Assembly (NCBI RefSeq): GCF_009914755.1
Contig: NC_060926.1
From: the human T2T-CHM13v2.0 reference genome, Homo sapiens
Strand: one strand, 5' to 3'
DNA: 64,000 nt
Both the position numbers and the translations under genes were made by a program. Positions 1 through 14,430 of the stretch are shown in pieces (position 1 is the stretch's first letter; each line of letters starts with the position of its first letter). The notes under the pieces were generated by a model. It saw nothing but the letters and a program-made list of their open reading frames with translations, was not told the DNA's origin and searched no databases.

Positions 1-3000
1 CTCTAAAAGGAAATTATAAAATGTTTTAAGTTGAATGAAAATTAAAACACAAGATATGCACATTTCTGGGATGCTTCTGAAATTGCACTTAGAAGGGCAA
101 CTCAGCACCCAACACATATAAGAAAAAAGAAATATCTCAAATTAATTGATTCAGTTTCACCTTAATAATCTAGAAAAAGAAGGGCAAATTAAACTAAATG
201 TAAACAAAAGCAGGGCAAAAATAATCAAAGTGGAAATCAGTTAGGTAGAAAAGAAAAACAGCAGAGAAAATCAGTGAAAACAAAGGCAGGTTGTTTTTTT
301 TTAATTAAATCTGATAAATTTAGTAAGTCTCTAGCCAGACTTAGAGGGGGGCGAAAAGTAGAAAGATTCAAATTAGCAGCAGGAGGCATGAGAGTGGTTT
401 CATCATGAACAGGTCTTCAGGTATGACAAGGATAATAGAATATTTTGAAAAACTATATGCCTATAAGTTGGACAACTTAGGTGGAATGGGAAAATTCTTT
501 CAAGGTCACAGACTACCAAAGCTCACTCAAGAAGAATAGATAACTGAATAGCTCTCTATCTCTTAAAAAAGGAATTTGTAGTTAGAAATCTTCCTACAAA
601 GAAAACTTTATGTGATGTGGCTTTATCATTGACTTTGCCCAAACATGTAAAGAAGAAATGATGCCAGTTCTATACAATTATCTTACAGAATTGAAGATAA
701 GGTAGTCATTTTTATCTCATTCTATATGGCCAGCATTACCTGATGCCAAATTTTAGGGTGAAAATACCAAAAGAAAATACAAAACATGGAAGTATTCTTC
801 ATGAACATAACATGCAAAATGCTAAACCAAGTGTACCAGATTGAATCCAACAATATAGAAAAATGTGACTATATCATGACTAAGTGAGATTTATTTCAGG
901 AATGCAAAGGTAGTTTGCTATTTGGAAACCAATTAGTGTAATCATTATATTAAAAATGATTAAAGTGAAACTACATGATCACCTTAGTGGAACAGCAAAA
1001 AGCATTTGAAAACTTATATTCATTCATTATAAAATTCTCAGCCAATTAGAAACAGAGGGAACTTCTTCAACCAATAAAGAACATCTACATAAATCCTTCA
1101 GCAAATATAAACTTAATGTTAAAAGACAGATGAGTCTTATATTTTCCTTTGGATCAGGGACAAAATGTAGATGTCCACTCTCCTTGATTTTATTCAGTAT
1201 TGTTCTGGAGGACTTAGCCAGTATAATTAGGGAGGAACAAAATATGTAGATTGGAAAGCATACTAATTTGGAGAAAATGGGGTTGTCTGTGAAAAAAATC
1301 TGGTGAGATCAAGGAAAAATCTACTAGAATAATAAGTGACTTTTGCGAAGTTGTGGTATACAGAAGAAATCAAAAATTGATATTTAAAAATTAATATTTA
1401 TAATAGCATCAAAACATATGAGTTACTTAGAGGTAAATCTGACAAAAGAAGTGCATAATCTGTACACCAAAAATTATACAATATTGCTGAACAAAAGCAA
1501 AGATCTAAGTAAACAAATAAACTCTGTTTATAGATATAAAAACCCAATATTATTAAGCTGTTAATTCTCCTAGAATTAAGGCTGTCAGATAACATATACG
1601 ACAGCCAGTTATTTTTAAATTTTCTGTAAAAAACTAATTTTTAGCATAAGTATATTCATCTTATGGTTTTATGTGCTGTATCTGTTCACCCTACTTCAAA
1701 TTGATTATATGCAATCTCAATCAAAATTCCAGTAAGATTTTTGGCAAAAATTGACAAGCTCATTTGATAATTTACATGGAAATTCCAAGGATCCGGGAAT
1801 GCAAAAATAACTTCGGAAAGGTATAAGTATGTTGGAGGACTAACAGTATGTGACTCAAGACTTACTATAAAGGTACAGTAATTTTGCCAATGTGGTGTTG
1901 ACATCAAGCTAGACAAATAGACCATAAGAAAATAGAAAGTCCAGGAATAGACCAGCATGCATATGGATAACTGATCTTTGAGAAAGGTGCAAAGGCAGTT
2001 CTTTGCAGGATGCATACATAGTCTTTTCCACAAATGGTGCCGGAACAGTTGTATATCCATATGCCAAAAAAATGATCTTCAATCCATAACTTACATCATA
2101 TAACAAAATTAAATACAAATGGAATGGATTCTGACGATACAATCGAAAACTCTAAAACTTCTAGAAGGAGACATAGGAGAAAATGTTTGTGACTTTAGAT
2201 ACACTGCAAAAGCATAATCCATGAAACAAATCAATAAATTGAGCTTCATCAAAAGTAAAATCTTTCGTTTTTTTGAAGGACATTGTTATAAGAAGGAAAA
2301 GATCAGCCATAGACTGGAAGAACATCTTTGCAAAGTATATATCTGATAAAGAACTTATGTCCAGAATGTATAAGGAACTCTTAAAATCAATAAGAAAACA
2401 AAACAGTGTAACATTTGGAGAAATAATTTAAATAGCATCTATCAAAGAAGATATAAATATGGCAAATAAGCACGTGAAAATAATTTCAGCATCATTGGTC
2501 ACTAAGGATATGTAAATTAGAACCTTAATGTGATACACACTATTCACACAATTAAAATTAAACCGATTCAACTGCAAGTTTTTGTGAGAATGTGGAGAAT
2601 TGTTTCTCTTCTACTCCCCTTTCCCACAGTGGTGGGAAAATATAGTGGTAAAAATACTTTGAAAAGCAGTTTTCCACTTTCATAAAAAGTTAAATATACA
2701 TCTACCATATGTCTGTACAAAGACTTGCAGATGAATGTTTATAGCTGCTTTATTTATAATAGCCAATAAGTGGAAATAATTCTAATGTTCATCAACAAAT
2801 GAATATATAATGCATGTCACAAATGCTACTCAGCAATGAAAAGAATGAATTACTGATACACATTAAGGACCTGGATGACTCTCAAGATGATTATGCAGAG
2901 TGAAAGAAGGCAGATGAAAAGAATGCACATGTATACTATAGGATTCCATTCATATAAAACTCAGGAAAATGTAAAGTAACTTTTGACAGAAAATGCATCA

Positions 3001-3195
3001 GTGATTTCCTGTGAAGAAGGGATGGGATGGAGAGAGGAGGGAGGGAGGAAATGATGAAGGAGCACAAGGAAACCTTTGAGGGTAGTGTGCATTATCTTGT
3101 TTGCGGTTTTTTCTGATTTCTCATGTTCCGCAAATTATCAAATTGTACACCTTAAATGTGTTCTTTTGTACTAGAATAAAGTTGTTAAAAATAAA
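1..3195 (+). mobile_element. Old L1 (L1MC/L1MD-like): decayed ORF2 plus 3'UTR
   Basis: A-rich sequence with L1 ORF2 remnants (e.g. gactaccaaagctcactcaagaagaaatagataactgaatag, tatggccagcattacctgatgccaaa) and an L1M-type 3'UTR ending aataaagttgttaaaa. Many stops and frameshifts. Confidence 0.9.
1578..1693. mobile_element. MER53-like hAT MITE (internally deleted) nested in the L1
   Basis: aaggctgtcagataacatatacgacagccagtta...agcataagtatat...ttcacccta resembles MER53 ends. It interrupts collinear L1 sequence (aattctcc / caaattgat). Confidence 0.6.
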
Positions 3196-3249
3196 GTAAC
3201 ATGCAAATTGGTGAGTACAATATGATCTTGAAGAACCAGTAACACTAGC

Positions 3250-3660
3250 ACACAAAACAATGGAATGGATCTGTAGGTATCCAACACTGATAAATCTCAA
3301 AACCGTAATCATTACTGCAAATGGATATATGTAGTAAACCATCTGTACAAAAGTTTATATGAAAGTTTCAGATAAACAAAACAATAGTATGTATACCTAA
3401 TGAATATATAAGCGTTGATTAAATGCTGGAAATCATTTACTCTAAAACACAGGGTTGATACCCACCAAGTGAACACAGCAGTTACTCTTTGGAAGGAGGA
3501 AGAAAAGATGGGATAAAACTTGAGTTATTTCTGAAATATTTTTCTTTAAAATGTTTAAAATGAATTTGGCACGCTTAATATCTTTTTAATCTTGAGGGCA
3601 GGAATGTAGCTGGGCTCCTATTATGTTAACTTCCATACTTTTCTGTTTCACACATTTCAC
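3250..3660 (+). mobile_element. L1ME-like 3'UTR fragment
   Basis: gatctgtaggtatccaacactgataaatctcaaaacc...cagcagttactctttggaagg resembles the L1ME3/4 3' end. Confidence 0.55.
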
Positions 3661-3729
3661 TTTTAGTAGTCATCCAGCTCTACAAGGAAGCCAACCTACC
3701 TGTGCAAGGAAGGTTCTCTGTTCAGAGCT

Positions 3730-4000
3730 TTCGTACAATGAAAAAGAGAGACACAGTTCCCGCCTTCAAGGGGTCTCTCGACTAGGCACGAGGAAGGCAT
3801 TAAATACAGAATTAAACAAATAACTCTTCAGTTAAATTCATGAAAAGTGCTTCTACAGTGAACGTATCCTGAAAACATATTGCTGCTTTTAAGTCTGAGG
3901 ATCAGGAAGGGCTTCTGTGCAGAGGAATGTTTAAGGTGAGCCACTGCGGAGGAGTTTATTGGGCAGGGTAGTTCTGAGGCAGGGATGTTTGAAGAGGAAA
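3730..4000 (-). mobile_element. L2 fragment
   Basis: agacacagttcccgccttcaagg...ggatcaggaagggcttc is typical of the reverse-strand L2 3' end. Confidence 0.5.
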
Positions 4001-5929
4001 TTGCAATGCGTGTTCTGTTTGCCTAGCTTTCCTGCAGCTAGTCTCTTTTTTAGTCATCTGATTTACTGCAGTATGAGAAGCATAAACCTTGATATGATTA
4101 AAAAATGAATTTTACTTTTTTGCTTGAATTATACAAAGTCAGCGATATAAATAACCACGCTTTGACTTGCTTAATACAGATGTCATTATGAGTTAAATGA
4201 GTGGATCAACCACCAGTACGTTGACACAGAAGGGCTGTTTTAAATGTCACTTCTCTGTTACCTTTCTCCCATCTAGCAGATCTCCCATAGACACCAAAGT
4301 TTAACGAGGTTGCTAGAACCCTGCAGAATCTGCTAAGTTTTCACCTACTGTGCACTAAATGTTATTCTAGAATGCTTTATGCTCAGCACGTTTTCCACTA
4401 TGCCAATGTTGTGAGCTTAGCAACTGTTTGATTATTTCAAAAACAAGTTTATGGGTTAGTAGCCAGTCCTGGTAGAACAAATGAATCCTGAGTGCAATAT
4501 TCTGTATGTCAGAAGCTGGCCAAATGGTTGCTGTGCTCCAGTATTCTTTTAGAATAATCCATATCAGACAGATGTATAAGGTAGCAAATGTTTCATATTT
4601 GCTTTACTGTCAACTAAGGGGAAGCCGTTTGAATTTTAATAAATGCTGACCTCAAATATTTTTGAACAACAGTTTCTAAATCAAAATCCATGGCTTTGTT
4701 TTTGTTGGAGGTTTGAATGTTTCATTGTTAGGTAGACTGTTTTCATAACAAACCAACATATGAGCACCTGCTTTATAGAATCCTCCCTCATTATTATAGA
4801 GGCAATCTACATTTTCTAGCCCCAATGATTCACTATTAGAATACAATGCCGTACACTTTTAAAACGTTGTTTCTTTGGCCTGAGTGAGGATTTTACATTG
4901 AATTTTAATTTATATTTGTTTTGGGGAAAAAAATTCAGATGATTGTAGAATGAGCTCTGTTTCTAATGACTTAAGACTTAGTGGGGATGAAAGCATAGAA
5001 AGAAAGCATTTGTATGACTTGATTTTTACAACATAATTTATCCCTAATAACAATAGAAAAATTACCTAGTAATGTAAAGAATGAATCAAAGTTGGAAAAT
5101 ACTAAGAAAACCTGGCATTGCTTACCTGTTTTAACTGTTACCAAAGAAAATCATAGTTTAATTTTTTTAAAATTACATTTTCTGTGAAGTATTTAAAAGG
5201 AAGCCTGACATTAGATTTTTCAAAAGAAAAATTTAAACTTCTTGTTTAGAGAAGTTAATTGTGATATTCTTGTTAAGGATTTTGAAAATGACATATTTCT
5301 ATTTATATGCTTTGTGCAGTATTATTTTCATAGTATTCTCCTCTCTTACGAGTTGACTTCAGTAGATTTCTTCACAAATACTTTCAGTAAGCAATTTTGG
5401 TAATGCTTGACTTGGCCACCCAATTTTGCGGAGATGAAAACATCACCATTAGTATGTTTACAGTGTTTAACGTTCAGAGCAAAAAAAAAAAAACGATGTT
5501 TGTTTACATACATGCTGAGTCATCTCTCCTTGTGAAATTAAAATGTGTAGTGAAGCTTCAACCTCAGGAAGTCATATCAGACTCACAGATTTTCTGGGAT
5601 ACGTTTGTTACCATGCTGTTTCAGTTAGATAATTTCCGAGTTTTCTTAATGTGGATGTATTCTTTGGTTTTTTTTTTTTTCTTGAAATAGGAAGAGACAA
5701 CTACAAGTTTTAAAGAGACTTCTACTACTTGTCATCAAGAACCTGTAATCCTAAAGTAAAATAATAATAATAATAAAATAGAAAACATTGAATCAGATCT
5801 ACTGTGTTTAAAACAGACTTCCTGTGTTTGCTTCTCTTTCAGATAATGAATTCTGTGCTTGCCTTTTTTCTTCAACTACTTTAGATAATTGAAGACGAAA
5901 TGATAGAGAAGGATAGACTATCAACAATA

Positions 5930-6350
5930 ACAAAAATAATAACATAACTAACATTTATTAAGGATGTACTAAGTATCATATTCTTTTTTCAACAATTTGT
6001 AATTTTTAAAAATATTTTTAGAGACAGGGTCTTGTTGTGTTGCCCAGAAAGTCTCCAACTCCTGATCTCAAGTGATCCTCCTGCCTTGGCCTCCCAAAGT
6101 GCTGGATTACATGCATGAGCCACCGTATCCAGCTACATATTCTTTTTTAAGCAATATGCGTGCGTGGATTATCTAAATTAGTCTCCACACCAATCTCATG
6201 GTGCCAATACTGTTGTTTGACTGTTTTATAGTTGAGCAATGAAATACAGTCAGGTTAAATAACTTGCCGTAGGTCAGTGAGCCAGCATGTGCTAGGCCTG
6301 GATTCATTCAAGAACAGACAGTCTGACTCCACAGCCTGTGCTCCTTATAG
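5930..6350 (-). mobile_element. MIR split by a FLAM insertion
   Basis: ataactaacatttattaagg on the left; ttttatagttgag...ggttaaataacttgcc...cagtctgactccacagcctgtgctc on the right. Confidence 0.7.
5990..6135 (-). mobile_element. Alu monomer (FLAM-like)
   Basis: Single Alu left arm with 13-bp TSD catattctttttt at 5977-5989 and 6136-6148. Confidence 0.85.
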
Positions 6351-6752
6351 TAGGCTCTGCTGCTGCTAATCAGCAATTTGGTGTGACGTAGCTCTAGAAT
6401 TTATCAAATTGAGATATTCTTTTTTAAATATACTGAGCAATATTTAAATATAAATATGGTGGATATAGCACAATAAAAAATGAACTCAACATTAAAAGCA
6501 GTTTTCTCTACTCCTCTTTAATATGTTATATCAGTTATTTTTGGTTAGTCAAAATATAAGGATAACCTGATGTTAAAAAATAAGAAAATAACTAGGAATC
6601 TCAGAGGTATTTTTGTGTTTGTGAATTCTCCTGACTGGAAATCACTTTGGATTATGTTACACATAATCGTTTTTCTGACATATTATCAAAAGTCCTGATA
6701 TAAAAATCTTGTTTCAATACCTGCAATAATTTTTCCTAGGAAATAGTTATAA

Positions 6753-8270
6753 CCAGGGAAAGATCCAGGTTTTGTGGGACCTGGAAAAATACTCAATTTG
6801 GGGCCATCTTTAAGAAAAATGATAAGAATTATGAAAATGAAATAGGCAGAAATGTGACTATTTATTGAGAATGAGAACAAGTCACACCAAAATATAAATT
6901 TTAAAATGCTCTAAGTACTACAGTGTCAAAATGTCACATGATTCAGAAAATAAAATGATATTCTTATTAACTACCTAACAACACAGTTATGCTTTTTCCC
7001 AATATTTTTGGATAGTCTTTGATTATCTCTTCATATGCAAAATGTTTTTATATTTTCTGTAGAAAAAATAGAATGACAATTCAGTCTTTCCTGTAGCATG
7101 GTTGATTGAAATGTATGTGTGTGCATTTGATTATTACCAGTTTAGAAAAATATCTTTTAGCTTTACAACTGATAATTGATAATGTATATGAATTTATGAG
7201 ATTGTTTTCAAATTTGGGCAAACCTCTATCATAAAGTTTCTCTCATGCATAGGCTGTTAGATTTCAGGGAATTTCAAGGTTTCCTGAGCAGTGACTAGCC
7301 CTAAATACTCTGAACTTATGAGACTCATTAACCAGTGTGTGGTTGACGAGAGAGCATATTTAATATTTTTCATTATATTTGTTGATACTAACATGTTGTG
7401 TAAAATCAGCAGAAATTTAAGGTTCTTTTCAGCATGTCTATATATAGCCCTCTTCTTTAATTGGATTACCAAATAACCAAAGTGCCTTTTAATTATTTTT
7501 ATTTAAAGAATATTTTTCTCTTAATAAATTCAGCTTTTAGTGTGATCTGAAAACAAATTTGGTATAATTTATTTCTAAATGTTAGAATAATTTCTTTTGA
7601 CTTGATTTCATTACTCATATTTATGACATTTAATATCTGTTAAATTTTTTCCTGAAATTTCAGTTTTCTGAAAAAATGCATTTAAATATGACTAAAAAAG
7701 TTAGCCTTTCTACACAAACAAATTAAGAGTTTATAATAGCTGTCTTGCTTTAACTGGAATATTCTAAAATTTCATTTACAGTGGAATATTTGAGCTTTAT
7801 TATTTCATTTCTGTCAATAAGATAATAAAAATACAGTACCTTTTAAATTATACATGGTTGTGTGAAAGAGTATATTCCTGATAGGAGGGAACTGTTTTGA
7901 CGAGAGGGTCAATGAAAACTACATCTTTGCAGTTTTGCTCGTTTGGTATTTGAAGGAATTTTCTTCAGGCTAGGTTCTGGCTCTCAAACTTTGTTTTTCC
8001 CACTATACACATGCTTCTGTAAGGCATATTCATATTACTATAAGACCTCTGGCCATGTGCCTTCCTGTCACAGCACTGATGAGTTCACCAAGTGGGTGTG
8101 AGGAGAATTCCTGGGAACCATTTCCGCAATATGAAGTGTGTGTTTGTATGTGCGTGTTGGGGAGTTGTATAACAGTAACTCAGTGATACATGCAGGTGAC
8201 TTGTAAATCACGTAAAAATATTCTGTGGCGCCCAAACTAAGTGTTTCCTCAAGTCAGCTTCCCCATAGCT
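6753..8270. mobile_element. hAT-Tip100 DNA transposon relic (Arthur1-like)
   Basis: Begins cagggaaagatccaggttttgtgggacctg...atttggggccatctttaagaaaaa, matching a recalled Arthur1-type terminus, followed by AT-rich internal sequence. Right boundary uncertain. Confidence 0.55.
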
Positions 8271-8279
8271 GCGTGCCTT

Positions 8280-8470
8280 GCCATGCCTGTGTTATGAGGA
8301 GCACTGTGACAGAGAGAAGAACAGAGCTGAATGGAAGGAGACATGTTTTCTGTGGCTTCTTTCATGCAACACCAGCATTAAGAAGTTGCAGGAGAGATCT
8401 TATCTCTCTCAAAGCCAAACATACTTACTATCTGGCCATTTGCAGAACAAGTTGGGTGGTATCTGCTCTA
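8280..8470. mobile_element. MER58-like hAT-Charlie fragment
   Basis: caaagccaaacatacttactatctggccatttgcagaacaagttg is a MER58-type terminal motif. Confidence 0.6.
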
Positions 8471-9029
8471 TGCATGATTAAAAGCATGAGTTAAAAGTAA
8501 TAGGATAGGTCTAAATTATTGGCTTGTAAGTGTATCTTTGGCATATTGCTAGATTTTTTTTAAAGTAGCAATTCAATATGCATAGTAAGAACATTTAGGG
8601 ACACCTTCCAATCCTAAAATCATTATGCATATTGTAATCTATAGAGACCTAAGGAAGGTCTATAGAGACTAAAATCTATAGAGACTTTAGGAAGGATGTA
8701 AAACAGAATGCTAACAGTCACTATTTACGGTAGAGAAATTTAAAGAATGTTAGTCTTGTTTATTCACTTTTTAGTTTGAGCTTATCACAGCAAGCATATA
8801 TTACTATTAAAATGTAAAACTAACTGTTAAATAAATAAAAACAAGAACAGGTACTGTAAAGAAGCTACAACTTACCATTGTAAAAACCACAGCCACCCTC
8901 GTCTTTCATCCATCCACCCATCACCTTCTAATTCACCTACTCATGCCTGCCTTCATCTCATTGCTTCTTGCATCTCAACCTTTCCTCTTGGTATACTTTT
9001 CTTCTTGTTTAGTAGATATTTCAGTGAAA

Positions 9030-9989
<960 letters not shown>

Positions 9990-9990
<1 letters not shown>

Positions 9991-10522
9991 AGCTCAGTTT
10001 TGTTTACAAATAAGAGAACCTGACCAATAGTGGTAAAATCATGAGGCTTTTCCTATTCGTTAATGAGAAGCCTGGAGGAAAGCAGACCAGATTTAAGATT
10101 CCCTGAGGCCATCAGGTGCCCAGCCTCCTCTTGTTCTTTCCCTCGCTACTTCAGGGTGTTGGTGATTTTTCCTCTTATGCATCACAAAATGTCTGTCTCA
10201 GTTCTTCCCCTGTCCTCATATGAGAGTCGGGTTCAAAGTAGTAAGGTTATTGTCAAAAAGGATTTTGTCTCTGCAACCAGAGACGAAAACCTCCAATTAG
10301 GCTCCAGTAAATCCTCCCTCATATCTCTTTGATCAGAGAGCTGAGTCATGGACACCCCCATCCCCACCACCAACACACACACTCCTGGACCAATGATTGG
10401 CAAGCAGGAATAGGTTAGGTAATCCAGCGTTAAGCCATGTGCCAAGGCTGGGCACCCAGTGCCCAGTGGAGCATGGAGGAAGGGGTGATGCCCTTTGGGC
10501 AGCAACCAACAAAGTCTGCCAT
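9990..10522 (-). mobile_element. MaLR LTR (MLT1J/K-like)
   Basis: Starts cagttttgtttacaaataagagaacctgacc and ends gggcagcaaccaacaaagtctgcca, in the old MLT1 pattern. Confidence 0.55.
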
Positions 10523-10885
10523 GTCCTTATTTTTAAATGTTTTTCAGAAGATTGTCTTTCATTTGAATTTCCTTGGAGGTGAATTTTCCCAGTGTACTTT
10601 GAATTGTTTTGTTTGCAATTTTATGTTTCTCTTCTTTTCCTTTTTCATCCTGTTTCTTTCTCTTACAAGCACTTCTCTTTCTATGATAGTTATTGGATTG
10701 GCTCCTTCTGGCCCCATGTTCCGAAGCAGCTCTTAGGTTGCTAGTTTGAGGTTACTTTTGAGGTATTAGAATTTATTTTTTTTAATGGGAGGTTTAGTTC
10801 ACTGATGAGAAAAAAATATAAAATGCCCAAGATAAGCCTCTGAAGCTCTGGAAACAGGGTCACCTCTTAAGAGATTTTGAATTTA

Positions 10886-11014
10886 CATTCTGTAACTTAA
10901 GTCCCTCAGTGGATTCCCCAACTCCCATTCTTGTTTTTCTTCTCCAAGTCCCATTCTGTAACTTAAGTCCCTCAGTGGATTCCCCAACTCCCATTCTTGT
11001 TTTCTTCTCCAAGT
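10886..11014. repeat. Two-copy tandem duplication, 66-bp unit
   Basis: cattctgtaacttaagtccctcagtggattccccaactcccattcttgtttt(t)cttctccaagt occurs at 10886 and 10952, differing by one T. Confidence 0.97.
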
Positions 11015-11239
11015 GCCAGAACATCTATCTATATTCACTTCGTAATTCTGAAATCCAAAAACTCTAATCAGAAAATTAAGTTGTTGAGAGAAAATGGAGT
11101 AGGAGTACATGTAAGGCCCCATCTCCATATTAGACACTGTAGAAGTTTCCAGTTGCCTCAGTCATGGGCCAGGCTATTGGAGAGAAGGGATATGCACATA
11201 AATATATGGGTATGAGCACCCAATTAAAAGTGGTGCCCA

Positions 11240-11533
11240 GGTTGGGTGTGGTGGCTCACGCCTGTAATCCCAGCACTTTGGGAGGCCGAGGCAGGTGGAT
11301 CATTTGAGGTCAGTAGTTCTAGACTACCATGGCCAATATGGTGAAACCCAGTCTCTCCAAAAAATACGAAAATTAGCTGGGCGTGGTGGCGGGCGCCTAT
11401 AATCCCAGCTAGTTGGGAGGCTGAGGCAAGAGAATCACTTCAGCCTGGGAGGCGGAGGTTGCAGTGAGCCGAGATTGCACCACTGCACTCCAGCCTGGGT
11501 GACAGAGTGAGACTCCGTCTCAAACAAACAAAA
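11240..11533 (+). mobile_element. AluS (AluSx-like)
   Basis: Full dimer with a short (CAAA)n tail. Confidence 0.95.
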
Positions 11534-12499
11534 GCAGTGGCCACCATACATTATCAGTTTTGAGAAGAATGAGCATATTCTATCCTTATGTGGTGGTGGG
11601 AAAAGACTAAGAAAGAAGAAGGGCACTGCAGTGGCCAGGTCCTCCACCAAGAGTGATAATTGAGTATTAGCTCCAGCTGTCCAAGCTGGCACCTGCAATA
11701 GCAACATTAGCATGACATCCAGTTACACTGCTTTAATAATTCCTGAAGAACCAATTGTTTAACCTTGGCTGCAGTGGGCCCTGCTGACATTATTTATTTT
11801 ATATTTCTAATTTTATTACTTTGCTATTTTTGAAACGGTGATTTTTTACTTTATACCTTGAGTTGTTTTGACACAAGCTTTGAGTCTCAAGATTTTAAAA
11901 CGCCTTTTTTGAAGCTCCGTAATATTGTGGGTGAATGGTTGTCATTAAGAAAGTGTTTGAATATAGCCTCATATTTCAATACGTGTGTCATGAAAAATAC
12001 CTCTGCTGCCATCACCACTCCACTCATATTAAATGGCTCAGACAGATTTTGCATCTCATAATCTCACTGACTTAAAAGTAGATGCATCTCATATGAGAGC
12101 CGAAAATTTGCACAGCAATATTACACTTAAATCCAGACATTCACATTTTCCCCACTGCAGATAGGCGGTCTTCTTACAAAGAAAAATAACTCAGATTTTC
12201 TTCCTTGTATTTTCTTTTTTTCTTGCTGACTCACTTGATTTTCAGATTTTCGTAGCTTTTTTTCTGTTTAAATTACAACAATCTACAATCAACAATGTGC
12301 ATGAGATGCTAAACTATGTGACTTTTTCTTATTAAGCAAACAAAAAAAATGAGTGCGATAGATTCTAAGGTCTTTATCATGGTCTGAGGCTATAGCCACA
12401 GCAGAAAAATATTTGTGGCCAAGAGTTGCATAAAATCTATTTATGTCAGTGTGTGGCTTAACATTCTTTAGTTGCTGCCCATCACCCAAGAATAATTTC

Positions 12500-12915
12500 T
12501 AAACTTCTGATCACAGTTTAGGAAGCCCATTCAACTAGCCCCCACCAGCTCTCCAACTGCCCTTCCCTGTACATTCGCCTGTGGGTCCCACTTCTGAAGT
12601 CCTTCACATGCTCAAACACACTGGGCTCATTGCTGCTTCTATATTTTTTTAGTGTTCTTTGCTCTCTGGAACCTCCTTGTCCTGCTCACTTTTAGTCTGG
12701 GAAATTCCTACATTCCTTTCAGGATAGTGAAATGTCACCTTATATGTGAAATCCTTCACACTCCACCCTCTCCACTCATACACATATGTGTCTTTCACCT
12801 TCAGTGGCACATAACTTATTTAGGGCTAAGGACCTAGGCCTTGTTCACATTAGTGCCTGATGTCTCCCTAACAGGGTACCTGAGTAGACAGACATACCCA
12901 CTAAATAGTAAATAG
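12500..12915 (+). mobile_element. L2 3' fragment
   Basis: tgttctttgctctctggaacc...aattcctacattcctttcagg...aaatgtcacctt. Confidence 0.55.
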
Positions 12916-13499
12916 GACAGAAATAGACTGATTTCTAAGGACCCTGAGTCAGGACTCATGCTGTAGCAAAAGGCTGGCTAAGGGAGGTTCTGTTGACCCT
13001 CAAGAAAACTAGGGTAAACCAGTGCCCAAATCAGTTTGATGTGATCTGAAGGTTAGAGCCTACAGTTTTGGTGTGCATAGGCAGCCATAGATATGTATAA
13101 TAGAGGCAGACACTCCTATGGGGGCAAGCTGAGGGCATCATGTGGGAGCCAGACTTGGACAGTATAAAAATCCCGGTTATAAAAAGCTGACTAGAGCGTT
13201 AAAAATTAACCTTTGTGCAAATGACATTGTGCAGCAGCAAGCAGGTCAGTTGATCAGCAGTGGATGACAAATCACTGGTCTGCAGGCTTTACAGGAGTAT
13301 ATCTGGAAAGCCCCCTCCCCATAACCTCCTTTTGTTAAACTGATGAACACAGTACCCATCACAGTGGTGACCCTCATTGACTGCATTAAGCTTTTACATG
13401 TGTGGGTAAAAGTGGCTACTGTGGTGTCTCCCTGTGGGATGATGAATGCATTTCAGGAAGAGTAGTTTCACCCCATTTTCGTAAAACTGTTATGCTTTA

Positions 13500-14430
13500 G
13501 ACGTGTATATATGCAAGTTAGTCTACACACATGTTTTTCTGTGCTCCCTTAGCTGAGAGGACCTAGAAGCAATGAGCACCTCTAGCATCCAGAACGTGAT
13601 TTCTAATACCATTCTCCAATAAAAGGAACCAGGCTCCTCGGAGAAATGGCTTATTCTCCGTTATTGTCCATGGGTTTGAGCTAGCAATACACATCATCAA
13701 CCTAGAACATCTTGTACTGCCATAAAGTAAGGATATAATCAAACACAATGATGGGGACACATGTCAAAGGGACACAATTAAAAAGTGTCAATTGCGAAAT
13801 CTCCCAGTGGCAAAGCTGGGACAATTTGAGCAATACGATACAGTAGTATTGGATTATAGCCCCAAGTATGAAATAAACATCGTAAGTCCATACTAATAAA
13901 AATATGTGATTGAATAAATAAATAAATGAGGGAAAGTAGACAAATTTCCCATGCAGAGTAATTTCAAATTATTTATGTAGCATAACTCTCCATTCCTTAA
14001 GCACATTGCGAGTACCTCTAAAAAGTACAGTATGGAATTGGGGAGTAAGCTTATAGTGGAGAAGCCTGCCTAACACTACCTCAGCCAGGTGATCAAATTC
14101 AACACCAGTAGTGATGAACCATGTGGACAGTTTATGTGATGATGAGAATGGCACTTTACATCCATGGTCTTCTTCTCAGAAACCCATAACCCCAGTATAA
14201 CCATGAGAAAACTCTCACATGAGTAGCATTTTACAAAATACCTGATGAGTATTTCTCAAAACTGTCCAGGTCATCAAAAATAAAGTCTGAGAAACTGTAG
14301 CAGCCTTCGGAAGCCTGAGGAGACATGAAGACTAAATGTAATGTGTGTCTTGGACAAGATCCTGAACTAAAAAAGGACATTAGACAAAAACTGAGGAAAT
14401 CTGAATAAAAGTACATACTTTAGTTAAAAC
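13500..14430 (+). mobile_element. L1MC-type 3'UTR
   Basis: taataccattctccaataaaaggaaccaggctcctcggagaaatgg and gtagtattggattatagccccaagtat are characteristic of L1MC 3' ends. Confidence 0.75.

Noticed and set aside
3175-3180. Sense-strand AATAAA at the end of the old L1 as an intronic polyadenylation site
   Set aside because: The hexamer is very common in this AT-rich intron, and no clear downstream GU/U element or upstream terminal exon was seen.
5820-5842. Strong acceptor-like site (tgtttgcttctctttcag)
   Set aside because: No convincing downstream donor within exon distance.
10886-11014. Direct repeats as a possible CRISPR-like array
   Set aside because: Two adjacent copies, no spacers, eukaryotic context.
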